From Nevskia sp. (GTDB lineage: Bacteria; Pseudomonadota; Gammaproteobacteria; Nevskiales; Nevskiaceae), in assembly GCA_019689635.1 (NCBI GenBank), contig JADGHB010000009.1:2053-66052 (forward strand): a stretch of DNA of 64,000 nt. The letters run 5' to 3'. Under the pieces are notes generated by a model. The model did not search any database. It was not told the origin of the DNA and saw only the letters and a program-made list of their open reading frames with translations. Below, piece after piece: positions 10,435-21,049 of this stretch. The translations under genes and the position numbers were made by a program. The first letter of the stretch is position 1, and each line of letters opens with the position of its first letter.

Positions 10435-10895
10435 TGGCCAAACGAGGGCGTGTGATGTTCCTGGCGGCCGGACTTGCCGCAAGCGCAGGCGCTTGGGGAC
10501 AGACTTGCGACGTGAGCAGTCCGACGCTTGCCTTTGGCGTTTACAGCCCGCTGGCGGTCACGCCTTCGAGAGTCAGCACCACGGTGACGGTGACTTGCCG
10601 CGCCACGCTGGCGCTTCTCATCAGTTACCGAATTCTCTTGTCGGCGGGCAACTCGGGCAACGTGCAGGACCGGTGGATGGCATCCGGCACGAACCGTCTC
10701 CGATACAACCTTTATACCGACCCGAGCTATAGCACGGTGTGGGACAACACCAACGGGGTCACCGGAACGATCCTGTTGACCTTGCTACTGCTCAACGGTT
10801 CGGACACGAAGATCATTTACGGGAATATCCCCGCCCAGCAATTCGTGCCAGCCGCGACTTACACCGATTCGCTCCTGATCACGATCAGTTATTGA
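10434..10895 (+). CDS. Second SCPU/Csu-type pilin subunit
   Basis: TGATG overlap with the usher stop; QTCDVSSPTLAFGVY, LRYNLYTD, and C-terminal AATYTDSLLITISY. Confidence 0.88.
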   Translation: MAKRGRVMFLAAGLAASAGAWGQTCDVSSPTLAFGVYSPLAVTPSRVSTTVTVTCRATLALLISYRILLSAGNSGNVQDRWMASGTNRLRYNLYTDPSYSTVWDNTNGVTGTILLTLLLLNGSDTKIIYGNIPAQQFVPAATYTDSLLITISY

Positions 10896-10995
10896 TCCGG
10901 CTCTGTGACGCCAGTCTGATTTCGCGCCTCCCGGTTCGGGCAAAGGCAACGGTGGTGGGTTAGCATGCGCGTGACCGTTGCCAGCGGGAGTAGCG

Positions 10996-11505
10996 ATGCG
11001 CAGTGGACTTAAGATCCTTGTCGCGTGCGCAGCATTCGGATTGTTGGCGATCGGCACTTGGCGTCTATGGATCGTGCGCGGTACGTCGATGGCGCAGGAC
11101 CGTTACGACTACGCCGCCGCGTTCGAAAACCTCAGGGCGGTGGACCGGACGCCCATCGTCGAAATCCCCGCCATCGCCGGCAAGACGCCGGAGGAGCTGC
11201 GCGCGCTGCTCGGCGCACCGGAGATCTGCGAGACCACGCGGTACTCCAGCCGCTGCCGCTATTCCCCAGGCCAGACCGAGGTAGTGTTCATCGACGGCAG
11301 GGCGGACTGGATCACGGTCGCCGACTTCGGCGAGACGCCGTTTGCACCGCAAGCCCTGATGCGCCTGGGCTTGCCGCAAGCGCCGCCCGTCGCGCGCGAC
11401 GCGGAACAGATGCAGTGGAGCGAGCTGGCCGGATTGAAGCGCGTGCAGCTCGTCGGCGACGGCAAACGCATCGAGTTCGCACGTGTCAAAGCGCGCACCG
11501 ATTGA
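10996..11505 (+). CDS. Hypothetical membrane-anchored protein
   Basis: N-terminal hydrophobic helix, GGAG RBS, and overlap with the macroglobulin start. No family recognised. Confidence 0.7.
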   Translation: MRSGLKILVACAAFGLLAIGTWRLWIVRGTSMAQDRYDYAAAFENLRAVDRTPIVEIPAIAGKTPEELRALLGAPEICETTRYSSRCRYSPGQTEVVFIDGRADWITVADFGETPFAPQALMRLGLPQAPPVARDAEQMQWSELAGLKRVQLVGDGKRIEFARVKARTD

Positions 11506-14500
11506 ACGGCTGGCCTTCGCCTGCGCGCTGGGCTGCGCCCTTGTCGGAGCGGCACCAGCCGCGACCGTCGGTGCCGCTGACGTTGACGCCCCTTTCACGA
11601 AAGCGTTCGGGCCCGGATTGCACCTGCTGCGCATCACGCCAGCCGGTGCGGACGTGACGCCGGGCAGCCAGATCGTGCTCGCTTTCGACCGGCCGGTGGT
11701 GTCGCTCGGTCGCATGGAGCGCAAAGCCGAGGAAATTCCGGTAACGGTCGCGCCCGCTGTGGACTGCGGCTGGCGCTGGCTCGATCCGCAGACGCTGGCC
11801 TGCCAGCTCCCGGAGGAACGTCCGTTGCAGCCGGCCACGCGCTACACGATCACGGTGCGGCCGGAGTTCGTCACCGAGAACGGCGAGAAGCTCGCGCGCG
11901 GGACGACGCACAGCTTCGTCACCCAGCGGCCGGTGTTGCAATATGCCGGCGTCTCGTCCTGGGCGGCGCCGGGCGTGCCAGTGTTGCGGCTGCATTTCAG
12001 CCAGCCGGTGACGGCGCCGTCGGTGGAGGCGAGCCTGGACTTCGACGGCCGCCCTGCACAAGCGCGAGCCGACGTGCATGACGAGCGGACGCCGTACTAC
12101 GTTCCTGGAAGCGGCGAAGCACGGCGCATGTGGCTGGTGCAGCCGCAGGAGGAGCTGCCCGCCGACCGCGAGGTCGCGCTGCGGGTCAAGCCCGGCCTCG
12201 TTTCCGCGCTGGGTACCGAGAGAAGCGTCGAACGCCGCGTCGCCGCCAGGCTCCACACGTTCGCGCCGCTCGAGTTTCTCGGCATCCGCTGCCGGCTCGC
12301 CGGCGGCGAAGGCAAAGCGCTGCTGATTGCGCCGGGGGAGCTGCCGCAGCAGAACTGCGATCCGCTGTCCGGTGCGAGCTTGTCGTTCTCCGCGCCGGTG
12401 CCGGTGGCTGAGATCAAGCGTGCGCTCAAGCTCACGCCCGATCCTTTCGCCGGCCGCAAGGACGATCCCTGGGCCGAGCTTTCCGATAACCTCGGCCTGG
12501 CCACCGACAACCGCGGCGGCGCGGTCTATGAAGTGCATCTGCCGTTCACGCCCAAGGCCAGCGCCGAATACCGCGTCACAGGCGAAGCCGGGTTGAAAGA
12601 CGTCTTCGGCCGTACCCTGAAGGAGCGCTGGCAGGCGAGCTTCCGCACCGGCCATCGCGCACCCGCGTTGCACCTCACGCACAAGGTGGCGGTGCTGGAG
12701 CAGGGCGTGGAATCCGAAGTGCCGGCGATCGTCACCAACCTGCCTTACCTCGATGCCGACTATGCTCGCCTCACGGCAGGCGGGGCGGAGCACGGCCACA
12801 CGCGCGTGCCGATCGCGTCGGTTCCCGATCTCGCCTACGCCGTGCCGCTGGGCGTGCGGCAGATGCTGGACGGCGCTTCGGGTGTCGTCGCGGGCACGCT
12901 GACCGCGCCGCTCAAGCTCGCGCGCGACGACGAGCAGGACGAAGGCGAGGACACCGGGGCCGAAGACAAAAGCGGTGCTAGGCATTTCTTCGCCGAGGTC
13001 ACGCCCTGGCAGGTGCACGTCAAGCTCGGCCACTACGACACGCTGGTGTGGGTGACCGAGTTCGCCACCGGCGCACCCGTGGCGGGCGCCCAAGTGCAGA
13101 TCTTTCCGGCAAAGCGCGGCGAATGGCAGGCGGTTTCCGAGCCGGCCGGCCCCGACCCTGCGCCCGCCGTCGCGCGAACCGACGCCGAGGGCCTGGCCGC
13201 GCTGCCCGGCACGGCCACGCTCGACCCCAAGCTTGAGCACGTCGGCTGGAACAAGCCGACGCCGCTGGCCGTGCGCGTGGTCAAAGGCGCCGATCTCGCC
13301 CTGCTGCCGCTGACCGACGATTTCAACGTGGACGTGTACCGCGCCTCGCATTACGCCGTGTCGAACTGGCAGCGGCCGCGCTACGGCCATCTCAAGAGCT
13401 GGGGGACGACCGCACAGGGCGTGTACCGCGCCGGCGACACCGTGCAGTACAAGATCTACGTGCGCAACGACGCCGCGCGCGGCCTTGCGCCGGCTCCGGC
13501 CGGGCCCTACCGCCTGCAAGTGTTCGATCCGGCCGACCAGGAAGTGTATCGCCGCGACGCCATCCAGCTTTCGGCCTTCGGCGCCTGCGATGGCCAGTTC
13601 GCCGTCGCCAAGCAGGGCAAGGTCGGCTGGTACCGCTTTGCGCTGACGCCGCTTTACGCGCGCACCGGCGAAGCGGGCAAGGAAACGGACGAGAGTGCGC
13701 AGGCGCTGGAGCCGTTGCGCGTGCTGGTGTCGGATTTCACGCCGGCACCGTTCAAGCTTTCTACGGAGCTGCGCACGAAACGCGCCTTTGCCGGCGACAC
13801 GGTCACGGCGGTCCTGCGCGCGATGCTTCACGCGGGCGGCGCCTATTCCAACGCGCCCGCACGGCTGACGGCACGGCTGGAGGCCGGAGATTTCGAGGCG
13901 GCCGATCCCGCCTACCAGGCGTTCCAGTTCGACACGCACACCGATCCGGCGCGCGACCGCCGCAACGTGCTGGAGCGCGAGGGTCGCACCGACGCCTCCG
14001 GCGAATTCGCCACCGGGATTGCGCTCCCCGAAAGTGACATCGCCTGGGGCCGGCTGACGGTGGAAGGCAGCGCGCAGGACGACCGCGGCCGCAGCGTCGC
14101 GGGCAGCGCCAGCATTCCTTACGCCGGCCGCGACCGCCTGATCGGCTTGCGCAGCCGCGACTGGTTGCTGACCCAGGGCAGAGCTGCGCAGGTCGAGACC
14201 GTGGTCGTGGACGCCGAGGGGCAGGCCGCAGCCGGCTCGCCCTATTACCTGAAGGTCGAATGGGACGAAGTGAAGATGGCGCGCGTCAAGGAGCTGGGGA
14301 ACGCCTACATCGCGCGCTACAGCGACGAATGGCACACGGTGCAGGTGTGCAAGGGCCGCTCGCGCGCTGGTGTCTCGGTGTGCGAGTTCACACCGCCGGC
14401 GGGCGGCAGCTATCGCGTCACCGCCATGACGCGCGACACGCGCGACCGCCTGCACACCACGGTGACGTGGCTGTGGGCTTCCGGCCAAAACGAATTCCTC

Positions 14501-17320
14501 TGGCAGACCGCCGACGACTATGGCCTTGAGCTGGTGCCGGACCGGGAGCGTTACAAGGTCGGCGACACGGCGCGCTTCCTGGTGAAGAACCCCTATCCCG
14601 GCGCGATCGCGCTGATCAGCGCCGAGCGCTACGGCGTGATCTGGCATCGCACGCAGAAGCTCGAGGGTTCCGCGCCGGTAGTCGAAGTACCGATCACGCC
14701 CGAGCTGCTGCCGGGCTTCTATCTGTCCGTGGTCGTGCAAGCGCCGCGCGTCGCCGCGCCGCCGCCGCAGGGCGACGTGGACCTCGGCAAGCCGACGTTT
14801 CGCATGGGTTACGCCAAGGTGACGGTAGACGATCCCTACAAGCAGCTCGCGGTGCAGGTGACGCCCGAGCGGACGGGCTACAAGCCGCGCGAGCGCGTGG
14901 CGGTGACCGTGGAAGCGGCATCACGTACAGCCGACGCGCACGAGCCGGTCGAGTTCGCGGTGGCGGTGCTGGACGAGGCGGTCTACGACCTGATCCGCGG
15001 CGGAGCGCGCTACTTCGATCCCCATCAGGGTTTCAACGGCTACGACGAGCTGGACCTCGCCAACTACAGCCTGCTCACGCGCCTGGTCGGCCGCCAGAAG
15101 TTCGAGAAGAAAGGCGCCACGCCGGGCGGCGACGGCGGCGTGGATCTCGCGATGCGCTCGATCGACAAGTATCTCGCCTACTGGAATCCCGCGTTGCCCG
15201 CCGACGCGCAGGGCCGCGCGCGCTTCGAGTTCGAGCTGCCGGATACTCTCACCGCCTGGAAGGTCCTGGTGCTGGCGGTGACCCCGGGCGACCGCCAGGG
15301 CCTGGGGCAGGGCCGCATCGTCGTGACCAAGGATACCGAGCTGCGGCCGCTGCTGCCCAATGCGCTGTCCGCCGGCGATCGCGTGCGCGCGGGCTTCTCC
15401 GTGCTCAACCGCGCGGCGCAGACCCGCACGCTGCAGGTGCAGTTGAAAGCCGACGGCGCGGCTCAAGGCGCGCACGCGGAAAGTCTCACGCTCAAGTCCT
15501 TCGGGCGCGGCAGCGTTTATTTCGACGTCCAGGCGCGGCAATCCGGCACAATCCGTTTTACCGCAACGGCAGGCGATGCGCAGGACCGCGACGCCCTGGC
15601 GCTAAGCGTGCCAGTGCGGCCGCAAAAACCGATCGTCACCGCCGCCGACTACGGCACGCTCGTTGCCGGCGGCCGCGCGCAGATTCCGATCCGGCTGCCG
15701 CCGCAAGCGGAACGCGGGGCGCTGGCCGTGAGTTTTGCACCCAGCGTGCTCGGCAATGTGGATGGCGCGTTCGAGTACCTGCGCGACTATCCGTACTGGT
15801 GCTGGGAGCAGCGGCTGTCCAAGGGCGCGATGGCTGCGTACTACCTCAAGCTCAGGCCCTACCTGGATCCCAAGCTCGACTGGCCGGAAGCGGAAGCTGT
15901 GATCGCGCAGATATACGCGGACGCACCTTCGTTTCAGGCGCCTTCCGGCGGCATGGCGTTCTGGGACGCGGACGAGTCCCACGTCAGCCCTTATCTGTCG
16001 GCATACACCGCGCTGGTCTTCGAGCAGTTGCGCGCGGCAGGCTATCCGCCGCCGGTGGCGGTAGTGGACCGGCTCGGGGTCTATCTCGACCGCGTACTCA
16101 AGCGCGAACTGCCAGACTACTCGCTGGACGCGAGCAGCGCGGTGCGTGCCGCGATCCTCGACGCCCGCGCGCTGCGCGGCGGATTGCCGTCTTCCGAGTT
16201 GCAGCGCTACGCGCCCCAGCTTCCGCGCATGGGCCTGTTCGGCCAGGCGCTGTTCCTGCAGGCGGCGCTGCATACGGACGGCGCGGAAACGCTGGCTGAA
16301 CGTGCGCTGGATCAGATCCTGGCGCGCGGCAGCGAAAGCGCGGGCAGCCTCGTGCTCAAGGAGACCCAGGACGATTTCTGGAGCGTTCTGCTCGGCAGTC
16401 CGCTGCGCTCTAACTGTGCGGCGCTGTCCGCGCTGGCGGACATCTCGGGCGCGAATCTCGAGGCCAATCCCGCGCTCGCCGAGCTGCCGTTCAAGCTGGT
16501 GCGCTCAGTCTCCCAGGCGCGCGGCGGACGCGATCACTGGGACAACACTCAGGAGAACGTCTACTGCATGGCCGCGTTGGCGGCTTACGCGCGGCGCTAC
16601 GAATCCGCTGCGCCGGCGGCGACGCTGCGCGCCACGCTGGACGGCCAGCCGCTGGGCGAAGCGCATCTGACCGATCTGCGCCAGCCGCCGGTCACGCTGA
16701 GCCACGCGCTGGGCGCGGCCGATGCGGGGCGCGAGGAGAAACTGGCGCTGCAGCATGAAGGGCAGGGCCGCGCCTATTTCGCGGCGCGTCTGTCCTACGC
16801 CGAGAGCGAGGCCGCCGCGCAGGCCGCCAGCGCGGGACTGGAGCTCACGCGCGAATACCGCGTGTGGCGCGACAATGTCTGGCAAAAGCTTTCCGCGCCG
16901 ATGAAGATCCGCCGCGGCGAAAAAGTACGTGTGGCGCTCACGCTGGCCGCGCCGGCCGAGCGTCATTACGTGGTGGTGGACGATCCGCTGCCCGGCGGCC
17001 TGGAGCCGATCAATCCCGATCTCGCCACCGCCAGCGGCGTTTCCGCCGAGCAGGCCGAACCCTCCGATTCCGCCTACCCGTATCCCTTTTATCACCGCGA
17101 GCTGCGCTTCGAGGCGGCGCGTTTCTTCGCCGACGACTTGCCGGCGGGCCGCTACACGCTGTACTGGATCGGCGAGGCGGTGGCCGCCGGCGAGTTCGCG
17201 GTACCGCCGCCGCACGCGGAGGAAATGTACGACCCCGAAGTGTTCGGCAACGACGTGCCCGCCCGGCTGATTGTCGAGGACGCGCCACCGGCCGGCGATG
17301 CGCAAACTCCGGCGCAGTGA
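11483..17320 (+). CDS. Bacterial alpha-2-macroglobulin family protein (YfhM-like)
   Basis: 1945 aa; MG2-type GVYRAGDTV motif, YWNP/LPDTLTAWKV, thioester motif YPYWCWEQ, C-terminal VDDPLPGGLE and EEMYDPE; adjacent to pbpC. Confidence 0.95.
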   Translation: MSKRAPIERLAFACALGCALVGAAPAATVGAADVDAPFTKAFGPGLHLLRITPAGADVTPGSQIVLAFDRPVVSLGRMERKAEEIPVTVAPAVDCGWRWLDPQTLACQLPEERPLQPATRYTITVRPEFVTENGEKLARGTTHSFVTQRPVLQYAGVSSWAAPGVPVLRLHFSQPVTAPSVEASLDFDGRPAQARADVHDERTPYYVPGSGEARRMWLVQPQEELPADREVALRVKPGLVSALGTERSVERRVAARLHTFAPLEFLGIRCRLAGGEGKALLIAPGELPQQNCDPLSGASLSFSAPVPVAEIKRALKLTPDPFAGRKDDPWAELSDNLGLATDNRGGAVYEVHLPFTPKASAEYRVTGEAGLKDVFGRTLKERWQASFRTGHRAPALHLTHKVAVLEQGVESEVPAIVTNLPYLDADYARLTAGGAEHGHTRVPIASVPDLAYAVPLGVRQMLDGASGVVAGTLTAPLKLARDDEQDEGEDTGAEDKSGARHFFAEVTPWQVHVKLGHYDTLVWVTEFATGAPVAGAQVQIFPAKRGEWQAVSEPAGPDPAPAVARTDAEGLAALPGTATLDPKLEHVGWNKPTPLAVRVVKGADLALLPLTDDFNVDVYRASHYAVSNWQRPRYGHLKSWGTTAQGVYRAGDTVQYKIYVRNDAARGLAPAPAGPYRLQVFDPADQEVYRRDAIQLSAFGACDGQFAVAKQGKVGWYRFALTPLYARTGEAGKETDESAQALEPLRVLVSDFTPAPFKLSTELRTKRAFAGDTVTAVLRAMLHAGGAYSNAPARLTARLEAGDFEAADPAYQAFQFDTHTDPARDRRNVLEREGRTDASGEFATGIALPESDIAWGRLTVEGSAQDDRGRSVAGSASIPYAGRDRLIGLRSRDWLLTQGRAAQVETVVVDAEGQAAAGSPYYLKVEWDEVKMARVKELGNAYIARYSDEWHTVQVCKGRSRAGVSVCEFTPPAGGSYRVTAMTRDTRDRLHTTVTWLWASGQNEFLWQTADDYGLELVPDRERYKVGDTARFLVKNPYPGAIALISAERYGVIWHRTQKLEGSAPVVEVPITPELLPGFYLSVVVQAPRVAAPPPQGDVDLGKPTFRMGYAKVTVDDPYKQLAVQVTPERTGYKPRERVAVTVEAASRTADAHEPVEFAVAVLDEAVYDLIRGGARYFDPHQGFNGYDELDLANYSLLTRLVGRQKFEKKGATPGGDGGVDLAMRSIDKYLAYWNPALPADAQGRARFEFELPDTLTAWKVLVLAVTPGDRQGLGQGRIVVTKDTELRPLLPNALSAGDRVRAGFSVLNRAAQTRTLQVQLKADGAAQGAHAESLTLKSFGRGSVYFDVQARQSGTIRFTATAGDAQDRDALALSVPVRPQKPIVTAADYGTLVAGGRAQIPIRLPPQAERGALAVSFAPSVLGNVDGAFEYLRDYPYWCWEQRLSKGAMAAYYLKLRPYLDPKLDWPEAEAVIAQIYADAPSFQAPSGGMAFWDADESHVSPYLSAYTALVFEQLRAAGYPPPVAVVDRLGVYLDRVLKRELPDYSLDASSAVRAAILDARALRGGLPSSELQRYAPQLPRMGLFGQALFLQAALHTDGAETLAERALDQILARGSESAGSLVLKETQDDFWSVLLGSPLRSNCAALSALADISGANLEANPALAELPFKLVRSVSQARGGRDHWDNTQENVYCMAALAAYARRYESAAPAATLRATLDGQPLGEAHLTDLRQPPVTLSHALGAADAGREEKLALQHEGQGRAYFAARLSYAESEAAAQAASAGLELTREYRVWRDNVWQKLSAPMKIRRGEKVRVALTLAAPAERHYVVVDDPLPGGLEPINPDLATASGVSAEQAEPSDSAYPYPFYHRELRFEAARFFADDLPAGRYTLYWIGEAVAAGEFAVPPPHAEEMYDPEVFGNDVPARLIVEDAPPAGDAQTPAQ

Positions 17321-19490
17321 AATCCTCGTCGCGGCCGGCATGATACCGGTCGTGCTGGCGCTCGCCACGCTGCTGGCGCAGCGTCCGCTGCCGCGAACGC
17401 TCGGGCCGCAAGCGGGCGCCGAGGCCCTCGCGCCGGTGCTCGACCGCCGCGGCGAACGACTCACCGCTTCGTATCAGAGCCGCTGGAATCTCGACGACCG
17501 GCTGGCGCTCGAACGCGTTCCGTTTTTCCTGCGCACGGCGGTGATCGAAGCGGAAGACCGCCGCTTCTGGACGCATCGCGGCGTCGACTGGCGCGCGCGG
17601 CTGTCCGCGCTGTGGCAGAACCTGCGCGCCGGCCGCGCGGTGCGCGGCGCCTCGACCATCACCGAGCAGGTCGTGCGCCTGCTGCATCCGCGGCCGCGCA
17701 CCTTATGGTCGCGCTGGGTCGAGGGCTTCGAGGCCATGCGCCTGGAGAGGCGCTTCTCCAAGTCCGAGATCCTCGAGTTCTATCTCAACCAGGTGCCTTA
17801 CGGCGCCAACCGCCGCGGCGTGGTGCAGGCCGCGCGCTATTACTTCGGACGCGAACCGGAAACCTTGAGCCGCGAGGAAATGCTGGCGCTGGCGGTCTTG
17901 CCGCGCGCCCCGGCACGGCTCGATCCCTGGCGCACGCGCCAAGGCCTCGCTGCGCCGCTGCGGCGGCTGGCGCGGCGCATGCGCGACGACGGGCTGCTCA
18001 GTGCACAGGACCTGGCGGCACTCGGCTCCCCGCCGCCCGTGCGCGAAGAGGACGACGCCGTCCCTGCGGCGCATTTCCTCGCCGCGCTGCGCGCCCGGGC
18101 CGTCGAGCGGTACGGGGGTGCGCCGCCTGCCGTCCTGCGTTCGAGCCTCGACGCGCAATGGCAGCGGGCGATGCAGCGACTTCTGGACAACCGTCTCCGC
18201 GAGTTGGCCTCCGCCGGCGCGCGCCAGGCCGCGCTGCTAGTGGTCGATCTGCACGGGCGTAAAGTGCGCGTGTGGGCGACCGCGGCGCTCGGCACGGAAG
18301 CGGACGAAATCGGCCTCGATCCGGTGCTCGTCCCGCGCCAGCCCGGGTCCGCCCTCAAACCCCTGCTGTACGCGCTGGCGCTGACGCCGTCTTGCGCTGC
18401 TGCGCCACCTACCGACCTCCGCTGCGGCTTGGGCTGGAGTGCGGCCACGCGCATCGAAGACGACGCGCTCGCGGCGCACGTCGGCGGAGGCCTGCATCCC
18501 TACCGCAACTACAGCCGCCTGCACTACGGCACGGTCAGCGTACGCGAGGCGTTGGGCAATTCGCTCAACATTCCGGCGGTGAAGACGCTGCAAGCGGTCG
18601 GCGGGGCACGCTTCCTCGCCCTGCTGCGTGCGCTGGGCATGAAAGGGCTGACGCGCTCCTCGGACTGGTACGGCGACGGTCTGGCGCTGGGCAATGGCGA
18701 AGTCACGCTGGACCAGATGGTGCAGGCCTATGCCGCTCTCGCCGACCGCGGCCGCTTCCAGCCACTGACGTTATTCGAGGACGAGCCCGCGCCACGGCCG
18801 CTGAATCTGCTCGATCCTGAAGCGAGCTCCATCGTCGCCGACATCCTGTCCGATCCCCAGGCGCGGCTGCTCGAGTTCGGTGCCGGCGGCCTGCTGCGTT
18901 TTCCGGGCGAGACTGCGGTCAAGACCGGCACCTCCAGCGACTACCGTGACGCCTGGTGCCTCGCCTACGACGCGCGCTACGTCGCCGGCGCCTGGTTCGG
19001 CAATCTCGACGGCGGCCCGATGGATGGCGTCACCGGCGCCATCGGTCCCGCGCTGCTGTTGCGCTCCGTATTCGCGATGCTGGATCGCGAAACGCCGCCG
19101 CAGCCCTTGTGGCGCAGCCCACGGCTGGTGCGTCTGCCGGTGCACGACGAAGATGGCGGGCAGCGCATGGAATGGTTCGCGCCCGGAACCGCGCCGCCGG
19201 TACAAGCGACCTCCATTCGGGTTCGGGCGCCGCAGCTCACGCAGCCTTTCGACGGTTTACGGCTGGCCTTCGATCCGCGCGTGCCGAGCCAACTACAGGC
19301 GCTGCCTTTCGAGCTCGATGACGCGCCACCCGGCGGCGTGCGCTGGTACGTGGACGGACAGCCGGTCGCGCAGACCGAAACCCCACGCTATCTCTGGCCG
19401 CTGGTGCGCGGCGCGCATCGCGCCTACGCCGCGTTCGACGAACATGGTATCGAGCAGCGTACCGCCGAGGTTCGTTTCGAAGTGCGTTAG
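17298..19490 (+). CDS. pbpC: Penicillin-binding protein 1C
   Basis: Transglycosylase motifs EDRRFWTHRGVD and RGASTITEQ; transpeptidase motifs PGSALKP, NSLN and KTGTS; C-terminal BiPBP domain; linked to the macroglobulin. Start codon approximate. Confidence 0.93.
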   Translation: MRKLRRSEILVAAGMIPVVLALATLLAQRPLPRTLGPQAGAEALAPVLDRRGERLTASYQSRWNLDDRLALERVPFFLRTAVIEAEDRRFWTHRGVDWRARLSALWQNLRAGRAVRGASTITEQVVRLLHPRPRTLWSRWVEGFEAMRLERRFSKSEILEFYLNQVPYGANRRGVVQAARYYFGREPETLSREEMLALAVLPRAPARLDPWRTRQGLAAPLRRLARRMRDDGLLSAQDLAALGSPPPVREEDDAVPAAHFLAALRARAVERYGGAPPAVLRSSLDAQWQRAMQRLLDNRLRELASAGARQAALLVVDLHGRKVRVWATAALGTEADEIGLDPVLVPRQPGSALKPLLYALALTPSCAAAPPTDLRCGLGWSAATRIEDDALAAHVGGGLHPYRNYSRLHYGTVSVREALGNSLNIPAVKTLQAVGGARFLALLRALGMKGLTRSSDWYGDGLALGNGEVTLDQMVQAYAALADRGRFQPLTLFEDEPAPRPLNLLDPEASSIVADILSDPQARLLEFGAGGLLRFPGETAVKTGTSSDYRDAWCLAYDARYVAGAWFGNLDGGPMDGVTGAIGPALLLRSVFAMLDRETPPQPLWRSPRLVRLPVHDEDGGQRMEWFAPGTAPPVQATSIRVRAPQLTQPFDGLRLAFDPRVPSQLQALPFELDDAPPGGVRWYVDGQPVAQTETPRYLWPLVRGAHRAYAAFDEHGIEQRTAEVRFEVR

Positions 19491-21049
19491 TGGCCCATCC
19501 CCGCCCCACCCATACCCTTGCCCGGCTTCACCCAGAGCAACAGCGGCAGCAACCCGAAGAACAACAGGGCCAGGACCTTGAAGTCGTCGAGATAAGCCAG
19601 CAGGGTGGCCTGCTGCACCACGCCCTGATAGATGCTGGCCAGCGTGGCCGGGGCGTGGCCGTCGGCGCCGAGCAGGCCGCCGAGCTGGCGGGCGTAGTCG
19701 GGATAGGCGGGATCGAGGTTCTGCAGATGCTCCACCAGCCGGCTCTGGTGAAACTGCTCGCGCCGCGCCAGCAGCGTCGAGGCGAAAGCGATGCCGATGC
19801 TGCCGCCGAAGTTGCGCGCCAGGTTGACTAGCGCCGAGGCGTTGTTGGTCTGCTCCGTGGTGATGCTGCGGAACGCCACGGCGTTGATGGGAATGAACAG
19901 GAACGGCAGCGCCGCCGCCTGCGCCATGCGCACCAGCATGATGAACTCGAACGAAATGCCCAGATAGAAACGGGTCATCCACAGCAGACTCGCGCCGCCG
20001 AGGATCAGGCCGATGGCGACCAGCACGCGCAGGTCGAGCGTATTCGTCAGGCGCCCCACGATCGGCAGCATCAACATGGTCGCCAGCCCGCCGGGCGTCA
20101 GCACCATGCCCGCGTCGATGGCGCGGTAGCCCATCAGGCTCTGCACGTAAGCCGGCACCAGGTAGGTGCTGCCCAGCAGCATGAAGCCCAGCATCAGCAT
20201 CATCGCGAAGGAGACCGCAAAATCGGGATCGCGCATCAGGCGCACATCCACCATCGGGTGGGGATGGCGCAGCTCGCGCCAGACCAGCAGCACGAAGGCC
20301 ACGGCCGAGGTCAGCGCCAGGCCAGTGATGAAGGGGGAGTTGAACCAGTCCTCCTGCTGTCCGCGGTCCATCACGATCTGCAGACAGCCCAGGCTCAACG
20401 CGACGAAGCCGAAACCCAGCCAGTCGACCGAGAAGTCCTTGCGGCGCAGCGCGCTTGTCGCACGCGGCTCGTGGATCAGCGCGGTGACCAGGAAGAACAG
20501 CGCCACGCCCACCGGCACATTGATCAGGAAGATCCAGCGCCAGTTGTAGCTGTCGGTGATCCAGCCGCCGAGCGTGGGGCCGATGGTCGGCGCGAACACC
20601 GCCGAGATGCCGTAGATCGCCGTCGCCATGCCCTGTCTTTCGGGCGGGAAGCTGTCCGCCAGGATCGCCTGGCCGGCGGGTTGCAAACCGCCGCCGGTGG
20701 CACCCTGGATGGCGCGCAGCAGGATCAGCGTGGTCAGGTTCGGCGCCAGCCCGCACAGCAGAGAGCTCGCCGTGAAGCCGGCGATACAGCTCAGGAAGAA
20801 GCGCTTGCGGCCGAAAGTGTTCGACAGCCAGCCCGAGATCGGCATGATCACCGCGTTGGTGACCAGGTAGCTGGTGAGCACCCAGGTGGATTCGTCGCGG
20901 CTGGCGGACAAGTTGCCCGCGATGTGCGGCAGCGACACATTGGCGATGGAGATGTCCATGATCTCCATGAACGCCGCCAGCGCCACCACCGGTGCGATGA
21001 ACCAGGGGCTGGCGGGACGTGCGGGGCTCACAGCCGCTACGGAATTCAT
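19487..21049 (-). CDS. DHA2-family MFS efflux permease (EmrB-like)
   Basis: AFMEIMDISIANVSLPHIAGNL, WVLTSYLVTNA and GRKRF motifs with 14 TM-like segments. ATG at 21049 inside the 19487..21499 ORF. Confidence 0.95.
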   Translation of the reverse strand: MNSVAAVSPARPASPWFIAPVVALAAFMEIMDISIANVSLPHIAGNLSASRDESTWVLTSYLVTNAVIMPISGWLSNTFGRKRFFLSCIAGFTASSLLCGLAPNLTTLILLRAIQGATGGGLQPAGQAILADSFPPERQGMATAIYGISAVFAPTIGPTLGGWITDSYNWRWIFLINVPVGVALFFLVTALIHEPRATSALRRKDFSVDWLGFGFVALSLGCLQIVMDRGQQEDWFNSPFITGLALTSAVAFVLLVWRELRHPHPMVDVRLMRDPDFAVSFAMMLMLGFMLLGSTYLVPAYVQSLMGYRAIDAGMVLTPGGLATMLMLPIVGRLTNTLDLRVLVAIGLILGGASLLWMTRFYLGISFEFIMLVRMAQAAALPFLFIPINAVAFRSITTEQTNNASALVNLARNFGGSIGIAFASTLLARREQFHQSRLVEHLQNLDPAYPDYARQLGGLLGADGHAPATLASIYQGVVQQATLLAYLDDFKVLALLFFGLLPLLLWVKPGKGMGGAGMGH

